This document shows positions 19,229 to 26,406 of a stretch of 64,000 nucleotides of DNA, piece by piece. Below the pieces are notes generated by a model. It saw nothing but the letters and a program-made list of their open reading frames with translations. It had not been told where the DNA came from and ran no database searches. This DNA comes from a virus (lineage: Duplodnaviria > Caudoviricetes), in the IMG/VR virus record IMGVR_UViG_2654587994_000003, positions 32,001-96,000 of that record. One strand, written 5' to 3'. A program made the position numbers and the translations under genes. Each line of letters starts with the position of its first letter. Position 1 is the stretch's first letter.

Positions 19229-19301
19229 CCGGCGGCCGCCGCCAGATGAATGCATGTCAATGAGGAGAGTAAGCCCACTATTCGGATAGAGGAGGAGGAA
19301 G

Positions 19302-19715
19302 ATGCATATTCGCCCCTACATTCTCGAAAATCACGGTGTCTACCCAAAGCGGTTTCTGGAAGATGGCGACTTCTTCGGAGTGCAAAAAGCCATTCACGAG
19401 GATCTGGACGCGCGGCTGATCGCTGAGGTGGATCGAGAATCCGACCTCACCGCCTATTCCGGATACGTCGCGATGGAACTGTGGGCCGATGACGACGACA
19501 TACCGACGGGCGCGAAGATCGAGATGTTGTTCAGTGAACGGAAAGGCATCGCCGCCGTCCTCTACGACCATCCGAAAATATCCGATGCTTTCATTGAGTG
19601 GGTGTTTTGCAACTCGCCCAACGACGCATTGACCAAATGGAAGAAGAAAGTTCGTTGGCCGCTGATGGAAACATCACGGGGGCCGGTCGACATAACCGGA
19701 GAGGCCCAACAATGA
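19302..19715 (+). CDS. Hypothetical protein
   Basis: Strong SD GAGGAGGAGG. Confidence 0.6.
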   Translation: MHIRPYILENHGVYPKRFLEDGDFFGVQKAIHEDLDARLIAEVDRESDLTAYSGYVAMELWADDDDIPTGAKIEMLFSERKGIAAVLYDHPKISDAFIEWVFCNSPNDALTKWKKKVRWPLMETSRGPVDITGEAQQ

Positions 19716-19879
19716 GCGACCAGACCAGCAAGGCCGGCGACGGCATCCACGAGAATCACTGGTGCGAGCATCCGGGCTGTCGTAAATGGGGTGGTTTCGG
19801 CTTTAGCCGAAATAAAGTTGAGAAGTCATCCTGGCATTGCTGGGAGCATTATCCGTTCAAGGAGCAGCGCGGCGGTTAA
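19712..19879 (+). CDS. Small Cys/His zinc-binding protein
   Basis: HWCEHPGC.KWGGFG...WHC.EH; ATGA overlap with the upstream gene. Confidence 0.65.
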   Translation: MSDQTSKAGDGIHENHWCEHPGCRKWGGFGFSRNKVEKSSWHCWEHYPFKEQRGG

Positions 19880-19911
19880 CGAGCTGCTGCGCCAATCTCA
19901 ATCACTTTTAC

Positions 19912-19936
19912 GGAACGCCCGGCTTATTATCTCGTT
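19912..19936 (+). promoter_or_regulatory. EcfG/RpoE2-type promoter
   Basis: GGAAC-N16-CGTT 35 bp upstream of 19971. Confidence 0.65.
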
Positions 19937-19970
19937 CGTCAAATTACAGACGAGAACAGGGATTTAGGTA

Positions 19971-20240
19971 ATGCCGCGGTACTACTTTCACGTTCGAGAC
20001 GCCGAAGGTCTGTCCGTGGATTTCGAGGGCGCTGATTTCGCTAGTGACGAGCGAGCCTGCGACGAGGCGAAGCAAGCTGCAAAAGAAATGCTTGCGGAGA
20101 GAATTCTGAGAGATGAGCTTCTGGACGGCACCATGTTTGAAGTGTTCAAATCAGCCGGCGTTTTGGTCGCGAAAATCCCGCTGATGTCTGTAATGCGTTT
20201 CAAACTTTCGATCAGTCAAAGATTTGACGGTCGCGAGTGA
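19971..20240 (+). CDS. DUF6894-like small protein
   Basis: MPRYYFHVRD.....D.EG.D......A..EA..AA.E pattern. Confidence 0.75.
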   Translation: MPRYYFHVRDAEGLSVDFEGADFASDERACDEAKQAAKEMLAERILRDELLDGTMFEVFKSAGVLVAKIPLMSVMRFKLSISQRFDGRE

Positions 20241-20410
20241 ATCCTGCACCATCGCGAATGTGTAGGCAGGATTGGAGGGCATCGGCTCATGATGATCATG
20301 AGCGAAGAGGACATTCCCGCTTTTGTTGAAGCTTGAGGCGGCTCTGGGAACGGATGAGCTTGAGCGGATGAAACGGGACGAGGTGAAGAAGCAGTGAGGG
20401 GCCGCCGAAA

Positions 20411-20683
20411 ATGATGAGCCTGGCACGTCTCATTTGCGGACTTTTTGCGGTTGTGGCCATCGTTATTTTTATTGGCCTGCTGACGGTAGATCGGTGGTTT
20501 ACCATCGGGGAACGAGCGCAAGGTGATTACCCGACACGGACGCAGGCAGAACAAGCCGAGGCTGAAGCTAGGGCGAGCGCAGCGGCCGCGGAAGCTCGTA
20601 AGGCGGCTGGGAATGCTTTAAAGGCGTCAGAGGAGACAAACGGGCTTGAGCAAATGAAACGCGACGAGGTGAAAAATCAATGA
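20411..20683 (+). CDS. Small membrane-anchored protein
   Basis: N-terminal TM helix, Ala-rich coiled coil. Confidence 0.55.
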   Translation: MMSLARLICGLFAVVAIVIFIGLLTVDRWFTIGERAQGDYPTRTQAEQAEAEARASAAAAEARKAAGNALKASEETNGLEQMKRDEVKNQ

Positions 20684-20729
20684 GCGGTGAAGGGGTAATT
20701 TTCGGTCCTGTCACTGGGGAAGCAAAATA

Positions 20730-21734
20730 ATGCGCTCGATTCTACTTTTCCTTTGTTTCTCGGCATTCTCCTGCCTTCACGCGAACGCCGACGATATTCA
20801 GGCCGGTGGTGAACAGTGGCAAGACCCGACATGCAAAGATGTGGCGCGCGCAATCATCATGACTGAGATCTATCCTTCTTATTCCTACGAGATGCCTCTT
20901 GTGCGAGAAGACGGGACATATCGCCCTTTCATCGAGAGGAAATTTTCACCGACCGAACGCCAGGAAAAGCGGCATTTTGAGAAGGAGTGGAGATCAACTC
21001 CTCGCCTTGGCGTCGAGTGGTCGTCTTGGGACAGATATGAGCCCACCTTGACAAACTGCAAGCTGGTTGGCTCGGAAGTGGACGCGAGAGGCGTGGTAAT
21101 TCACTACCGGATGAACTGGACCAGCCTCCCTTACCGAGCGGAAATGGATGCGTGGGTTTCGCAAGACCATCAGATGTTAACGCGTGTTACACGTCGCTAC
21201 CTCGGCGGTGGATTAGAGTTCCCCGAGGAACGAGTGGCGTTTCTGTTCAAGTATGACGGCCTCTTGATCACCTCGCCACTGAGGAGCCCAAGACCTTCCG
21301 ACAGCCTCACATCTTGCGATCGGGTGAAACGGATGGTTGCGAAATTCAATGAGACGCAAGCCGTCCAAATGACGATGCGATTCGTCAATAATGGCGAAGG
21401 AGAACCTTATTTTGGCCAGTATTTGCACGTTGGCGCAAAGGAGTACTCGCGAGATACAGGATGGCCGTGGGAAGTCCGGGATCGTGTATTCGTCCCTACA
21501 GAGATAATTAACAAATGCAAATTGCTCGGCTTTCAAGAAGTAAATGGCATTGCAACTTCATTGTATGAATACGAAAGGCCAGACCTTCGAGACGGCGAAC
21601 TGCGTATCCTGACCTGGATTTCTGACGAAACCCATCTGCCCGTAAAGGCCCATTTCACACGGCCAAAGCCCGTCGATGGTTTCGAGGTGTACATCACCTA
21701 TGCATTCGACCCGGACGTGAAAGCGCCAATCTGA
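20730..21734 (+). CDS. Secreted protein with two internally duplicated domains
   Basis: Signal peptide; halves share C..V, CKL(V/L)G and W(V/I)S motifs. Confidence 0.7.
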   Translation: MRSILLFLCFSAFSCLHANADDIQAGGEQWQDPTCKDVARAIIMTEIYPSYSYEMPLVREDGTYRPFIERKFSPTERQEKRHFEKEWRSTPRLGVEWSSWDRYEPTLTNCKLVGSEVDARGVVIHYRMNWTSLPYRAEMDAWVSQDHQMLTRVTRRYLGGGLEFPEERVAFLFKYDGLLITSPLRSPRPSDSLTSCDRVKRMVAKFNETQAVQMTMRFVNNGEGEPYFGQYLHVGAKEYSRDTGWPWEVRDRVFVPTEIINKCKLLGFQEVNGIATSLYEYERPDLRDGELRILTWISDETHLPVKAHFTRPKPVDGFEVYITYAFDPDVKAPI

Positions 21735-21872
21735 CACGGCCGCGTGATTTTGACATCCCTGAAGGGCAACTTGCCGCCCCGGATACGCTTGGGTTGCTAG
21801 TGTTGCCTGCCCGCTACAGCATATTTCATCGAGTTGTTGTTTAGTGGAGGCTCAAATTTAGGAGTTCAGACC

Positions 21873-22535
21873 ATGAAAAAGACACTCGCGACCCTGGCTT
21901 TTGTTTTGGCAGCGTCCACCGCTATGGCTGCTGACGCGGTTTCTGAAGTACCAGCAGCGCCTGTTGCTGATGTAGCACCAGCATTCAGCTGGACTGGCTT
22001 CACCATCGGTGTTCAGGGTGGCTACAACTGGAACAACCAGGACATCGAAATCAGCGGCACCGCAGGTAGCTTCTCAGAAGATTTTGACGGCGGTATCCTC
22101 GGCGGCTTCGTTGGTTACAACTATGACTTCGGCAACAGCTGGGTAGTCGGTCTTGAAGCTGATTTCGATAAGAACTGGGCAGACAACACTGCGTTCGGCG
22201 GCGCACTCACCTATGGTTTCGACTGGCAGGGTTCGGTTCGCGGCCGCGTTGGATACGCCTTTGACCGCGCTCTCGTGTACGGTACTGCCGGCTGGGCTTA
22301 TGCTCGCGGCTATGCGGACGTAGCGGGCTTCGGTGAAGAGAAAGAAACCTTCAACGGCTACACCCTCGGTGTTGGCCTTGATTATGCCTTCACGGACAAC
22401 GTTTTCGCCCGTCTGGAATATCGCTACACCGACTTCGGCGACAAGACGTTCGATTTCGGCGGCACTGGTGGCGGCACCATCAACTCTGACATCGATCAGC
22501 ACGCTATCCGTGTCGGCCTCGGCGTAAAGTTCTGA
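21873..22535 (+). CDS. Omp25/RopB-family outer membrane beta-barrel protein (moron)
   Basis: Signal peptide ...AMAADAV, FSWTG, GGFVGYN, RGRVGYAFDR, EYRYTD, terminal Phe. Confidence 0.92.
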   Translation: MKKTLATLAFVLAASTAMAADAVSEVPAAPVADVAPAFSWTGFTIGVQGGYNWNNQDIEISGTAGSFSEDFDGGILGGFVGYNYDFGNSWVVGLEADFDKNWADNTAFGGALTYGFDWQGSVRGRVGYAFDRALVYGTAGWAYARGYADVAGFGEEKETFNGYTLGVGLDYAFTDNVFARLEYRYTDFGDKTFDFGGTGGGTINSDIDQHAIRVGLGVKF

Positions 22536-22556
22536 TAGCCATTCGCTATGATCATG

Positions 22557-22586
22557 AAAAGCCCGGCCATAGTGTCGGGCTTTTTG
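22557..22586. terminator. Bidirectional intrinsic terminator
   Basis: AAAAGCCCGGC-catagt-GTCGGGCTTTTT. Confidence 0.8.
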
Positions 22587-22589
22587 TCT

Positions 22590-22934
22590 TTACCCAGACC
22601 TCGTCGTCCTTGGCTTCGACTGATTTTCAACAATCCTATCGACGCGCATGGTCATCTTGTCGACGGCGTCCTTCACGGCGCCGATAGCGCCCATGATCTG
22701 CTCCGTCTGCTCGCGAAGGCCGGATTTGGAAACATACGTTTCGGCGACGTGGAGCCTATGGGCGGCAAGCTCTTCCCTCGCCAGAGAAGCCATCGCCGAG
22801 GCCGCAGACGCCGCTGCAGACGCCTCCGTCTTTGCCGCACCGATCTTCGCGTCGACGTACTTCCACAGGCCGAAGAAGAAACCGAAGAGCATCACGAAGA
22901 AACCCGCAACCGCCATGATCTCGGCGCCGGTCAC
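22590..22934 (-). CDS. Membrane protein of lysis cassette (holin/antiholin-like)
   Basis: N-terminal TM plus coiled coil; GTG start overlaps the Rz1-like stop. Confidence 0.55.
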   Translation of the reverse strand: MTGAEIMAVAGFFVMLFGFFFGLWKYVDAKIGAAKTEASAAASAASAMASLAREELAAHRLHVAETYVSKSGLREQTEQIMGAIGAVKDAVDKMTMRVDRIVENQSKPRTTRSG

Positions 22935-23122
22935 GGTTTCACCCCGCACAGTTTCATCAGCTTCTCATTCTCAGCCAAGATTTGCCGCTTTGTTTCTGGC
23001 GTCATCTGGTCATCGACAGAAGGACGCACCGGGCGCGCGATATCGCAGTAGCTACCGCTTGTCGCGCATCCACTTGCCAAGAGCGTCATCAACGCCAGCG
23101 TCATCCAAATTCCTAATTTCAT
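22931..23122 (-). CDS. Outer-membrane spanin (Rz1-like lipoprotein)
   Basis: Lipobox LASGC; overlaps the Rz-like 3' end. Confidence 0.65.
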   Translation of the reverse strand: MKLGIWMTLALMTLLASGCATSGSYCDIARPVRPSVDDQMTPETKRQILAENEKLMKLCGVKP

Positions 23123-23291
23123 TTTCGACATCCCCGGCCTTCTTGATGGCCTTGGCATTTGCTGCGGCCTGTTCGTCTTTTGCCGCGGAGCGCCCTGCCC
23201 TCTGGCCATACAAAAAGACGCCCGCGAGGATCGCGAGCGCCGTACCGATTGCGGCTAGATAGCCTTTGAGTTTTGCCCACAAGAGGATCAA
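23052..23291 (-). CDS. Inner-membrane spanin (Rz-like)
   Basis: N-terminal TM, helical C-terminal domain, directly after the endolysin. Confidence 0.65.
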   Translation of the reverse strand: MILLWAKLKGYLAAIGTALAILAGVFLYGQRAGRSAAKDEQAAANAKAIKKAGDVENEIRNLDDAGVDDALGKWMRDKR

Positions 23292-24214
23292 ACCACCACC
23301 TCCTTCCCGCGCCAGCTATTCCAGCGGCGAGCGATGACATCGCGATTGCGATAGGCGACATAGGCAACAGCAGCGACAGCGACGCCGGCGACGATCCACC
23401 ACCATGGAAGGCCTGCCACGAAAGCGAGTAAGCCTGAGCTTGCAGCTGAGCCAACACCCTTCGTGACAGCTTCCCTTGCTGTCGATGCGTCGCGCCGAAG
23501 CTGTGCGAGCGTGGCGGGACCGATGATGCCATCGGCGATCAGGTGTGGGTGCGCCTTCTGATACGCGATCACAGCGGCCTTTGTCTTCTCGCCCATCCAG
23601 CCGTCGATGGCGCCGGGATTGAGGCCAGCCGCAGTCAGCAGCTCCTGCGCTTCCTTCACAACCGGATCAGGCTGGGCGGGCGGCTCGGCGGTAGCCTCCT
23701 TGGTTGCGCTACCTACGCCGGTGTAGATGCCCTTTTCGAAGAGCAGGGCCTCTTCCTTGCGGCGGCGCACGAGACCTGGAAGCTTCTTGCCTTTCGCCGT
23801 GTTGTAGTTGGAGGCAAGATGAGCAGCTGCCTTCTTAATCTGGCCTTTGCGCCAGTAGTCGGCCCATGTCCAATTCATGGCGCCGACGCCGAGATTGAAG
23901 GTGACAGAAGTGGCCGCGTCGAGCTCGTGCTGCTTGCGGTCCGCGGGAGAACCGGCAACGACAGCTGGCACGTACTCAGCGGCGAGCACAGCGTCGAGGA
24001 TGGCATCGCTTTGCGCAGCTGTGATCTTGGTCTTGCCTGGCACGAGCTTCGTGATGCCGATTTTGGCCAGCTCGCGGCGAACGGAATCGCTGCGCATCGT
24101 GAATCCGGTTCCGATCGTCGGAACACCGACAGGATCAAGGTAGGCGGTAAGCGGATTGCCCTCATGCAGGCGCACGAAAGCCCTCCCCTGTGTGGAGATT
24201 TTGGTGATTGGCAT
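23288..24214 (-). CDS. Endolysin: GH24 lysozyme + PG-binding domain + TM
   Basis: HEG....AYLDPVGVPTIGTG (E-8aa-D-5aa-T triad), FNLG, LPGLVRRR..EA.LF; IDG..G..T..AV...Q PG_binding_1 motif. Confidence 0.93.
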   Translation of the reverse strand: MPITKISTQGRAFVRLHEGNPLTAYLDPVGVPTIGTGFTMRSDSVRRELAKIGITKLVPGKTKITAAQSDAILDAVLAAEYVPAVVAGSPADRKQHELDAATSVTFNLGVGAMNWTWADYWRKGQIKKAAAHLASNYNTAKGKKLPGLVRRRKEEALLFEKGIYTGVGSATKEATAEPPAQPDPVVKEAQELLTAAGLNPGAIDGWMGEKTKAAVIAYQKAHPHLIADGIIGPATLAQLRRDASTAREAVTKGVGSAASSGLLAFVAGLPWWWIVAGVAVAAVAYVAYRNRDVIARRWNSWRGKEVVV

Positions 24215-24240
24215 TGATTTTCCTTTTTAAGGGAGCGCTG

Positions 24241-24265
24241 GGAACATTAAGGCGGCCTTCGCGTT
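24241..24265 (+). promoter_or_regulatory. EcfG/RpoE2-type promoter driving a short non-coding transcript
   Basis: GGAAC-N16-CGTT. Confidence 0.65.
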
Positions 24266-24270
24266 GAAGC

Positions 24271-24338
24271 CGTCGCCATGTCCCCAACTCCATGGCCTAA
24301 AGACCCGCGCACACATCCCCCCGCTGCGCGGGTCTTTT
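24271..24338 (+). ncRNA. Candidate EcfG-dependent sRNA with two C-rich loops
   Basis: Hairpin GCCATG-tccccaactc-CATGGC, then terminator AGACCCGCGCA-cacatccccccgc-TGCGCGGGTCT-TTT. Confidence 0.55.
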
Positions 24339-24380
24339 GCTGCTATTGATACAGCCGATACTTGCAGATATGGGAGAAGC

Positions 24381-24455
24381 GCCGCACGTCCCCTGAAACA
24401 GGCTGCGGTATTGAGGCCTCGGCGCTTGCGAGGAGCGACGGGCCTCTTTTGTTTT
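24381..24455 (+). ncRNA. Structured 75-nt RNA, copy 1 (sRNA or attenuator)
   Basis: Two hairpins plus U-tract; TTGATA-N17-TATGGG promoter at 24346-24374; 68/75 identical to copy 2. Confidence 0.65.
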
Positions 24456-24539
24456 GTGGGTTATGGGTGCCGGGTTACGCTGCCTGCTCCAGGGTCATTC
24501 ACCCTCCGTTCAGGCCCGGCACAGCACTATCGAGCTTGT

Positions 24540-24564
24540 GGAACCGAAGTCACAGGCGCACGTT
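24540..24564 (+). promoter_or_regulatory. EcfG/RpoE2-type promoter of lipoprotein moron
   Basis: GGAAC-N16-CGTT 27 bp upstream of ATG 24591. Confidence 0.65.
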
Positions 24565-24590
24565 TGATTGCGTTATTGGGAGATAAGATC

Positions 24591-24851
24591 ATGAAGCTTC
24601 TGACCGCAGCAATTGCGCTCGTATCAGTCGGTATTCTTAGTGGATGCGTAGATGATAGCGGATATCGCTCAGGCGGGTATTACTCGTCGGGTGTCTATTA
24701 TCGCTCATACGATAGAGACAGGTATTACCGGGATTACGACCGCCGAAACTGGCGTCACCACAGAGAATGGCGCGATCGGCGGGAAGGAAGGGGTGATTAC
24801 CGCTACCGCCCGCCGCGTGATGGCCAGTTATATGGCCGTCTGATTAATTGA
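24591..24851 (+). CDS. Small Arg/Tyr/Asp-rich lipoprotein (moron)
   Basis: Lipobox LSGC after a signal peptide; SD GGGAGA; low-complexity mature part. Confidence 0.75.
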   Translation: MKLLTAAIALVSVGILSGCVDDSGYRSGGYYSSGVYYRSYDRDRYYRDYDRRNWRHHREWRDRREGRGDYRYRPPRDGQLYGRLIN

Positions 24852-24874
24852 CAAAGTCTCGTTGTTTGGTTGGC

Positions 24875-24907
24875 CTAAACGGCCGGCCAAGCGATGGGAG
24901 CGATTTC
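24875..24907 (-). pseudogene. Remnant of the 3' end of the tail-fibre-assembly gene
   Basis: Encodes EIAPIAWPAV*; 21/23 nt match to 25946-25968 (EIAPIAWP). Confidence 0.65.
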
Positions 24908-25068
24908 CGTTCGTATTGACCGTCTTAGTTTGGTCGGACTGCACTGATCCGACATAGCCGCCCTAGTGACCAAACATAAGGTCAAGAGCGACGGGAAGCG
25001 TTTCCCGAGCCATGATAGTCTCCTGATTGTTGATTTGACGGCGAGACAGTTGGTCACCATACCAGAGC

Positions 25069-25143
25069 GCCGCGCGTCCCCTGAAACAGGCTGCGGCATA
25101 GAGGCCCAGGCGCTTACGAGGAGCGACTGGCCTCTTTTGTTTT
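25069..25143 (+). ncRNA. Structured 75-nt RNA, copy 2
   Basis: TTGACG-N17-CATACC promoter at 25035-25063; compensatory C-G/A-U change versus copy 1. Confidence 0.65.
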
Positions 25144-25290
25144 GCGGATCAGGCTAAGCCGTCGCTAACCCCCTGAATTTTAGTGGGTCATAATTCACGC
25201 CATAGCTGTTTATTTTGCGAAGCGCCGACAATTTTCCGTTGTCTTCAGCATTCCTAATATGTCAATAAGGAGGCGGAAAAGGGGCGTTTT

Positions 25291-25932
25291 ATGGATCGGC
25301 AAATTCTCTTTCACTGTCGCAGGTTAGCAAATATTGTTGGAGCGGGCCCAAAACGCATAGCGCTGGTCGGCAACGGCGAAAACGCTCGCGGATTTGGCTC
25401 CGAAATCGACTCTCACGATTTCGTGGTACGGATGAACCGCGCAATTCATTTCGGCGAAGCAGGCACAAAGACAGATGCTTTAGCAGTCATTAATTGGAGC
25501 GGGCCCGGTCGATGGATGACCAACGGAGAAACCCCCATCAACGCCGAAGCTTTAAGGGCGGCTAAATCGATCTGGCTACCAATGCCTCCTGAGGATATGG
25601 AATCCGTGAAAAATGACCAACCAGGCACCTTTGAGTGGCCGACGTACGTCGACTTCACGTCAGAGGTGATAGATAATCTGGTTGACGGACGTCCCTATAT
25701 TAAGTTCCCACCGAATATTTGGCGGTCTCTAACAAAAGAACTTCGCGGCTTAGGGGCGGCCAAGACGCAGGCCTCCAGCACTGGAGCACTCGTGCTGGCT
25801 TACTTGGTTAGGGTTTGGCCTAGATCAAAAGTCACGCTTTATGGCTTCACTCACGAGGGGTGGGATGGGCATCCTTGGGAGCAAGAGAAGGCGTGGATCC
25901 GGAATCTGGATCGAGTCCCGTATAAGCCATAG
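25291..25932 (+). CDS. Glycosyltransferase family 29 (sialyltransferase)-like moron
   Basis: Sialylmotif-like IALVGNG...G.EIDSHDFVVRMN, SSTG, LYGF, H.W..E. Confidence 0.75.
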   Translation: MDRQILFHCRRLANIVGAGPKRIALVGNGENARGFGSEIDSHDFVVRMNRAIHFGEAGTKTDALAVINWSGPGRWMTNGETPINAEALRAAKSIWLPMPPEDMESVKNDQPGTFEWPTYVDFTSEVIDNLVDGRPYIKFPPNIWRSLTKELRGLGAAKTQASSTGALVLAYLVRVWPRSKVTLYGFTHEGWDGHPWEQEKAWIRNLDRVPYKP

Positions 25933-26406
25933 CTACAGTATGATTGGCCAAGCGATGGGAGCAATCTCGTCAAGGAACTTCTCGACGGTCGGCTGCGCGC
26001 GCTGGCCCGCCTGCACTTTGGCCAACTCGCCGTAGGAGTACCGCCAAACATTATCGCGCCATGCGACGAAAGCCATAGCCTCTGCCGCCCACCTTGGAAT
26101 TGTTGACCCGATGTAGGAGGCGAGCGTCACGCCGTCGCGGAACTGCTTCTCACGCGCAGTCTCATCGACAAGGTTCTGGATGGCGTTTTCGTAGTCGGTG
26201 ATGGTGGGTGGCGCGGCGGTCGACTCGACCACGACAACCTCCCCATCCACGTAACGACGACTACCGGAATTTTCCAGAAATTCGAGGTGCTGCCCTTCTG
26301 TGATAACAACTGCGTCCGTTGGGATGACTGCTTCTGGATCGCTGCATGCCGCCGTAACCCAGAAGCCGAGCGGAAACCCCAACTCATCGAATTTTGCATA
26401 GATCAT
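25933..26406 (-). CDS. Tail fibre assembly-like protein
   Basis: IP.DAV.IT...H..., LASY..S..P.W..EA.AF..WRD.VW motifs; follows the tail fibre gene. Confidence 0.7.
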   Translation of the reverse strand: MIYAKFDELGFPLGFWVTAACSDPEAVIPTDAVVITEGQHLEFLENSGSRRYVDGEVVVVESTAAPPTITDYENAIQNLVDETAREKQFRDGVTLASYIGSTIPRWAAEAMAFVAWRDNVWRYSYGELAKVQAGQRAQPTVEKFLDEIAPIAWPIIL

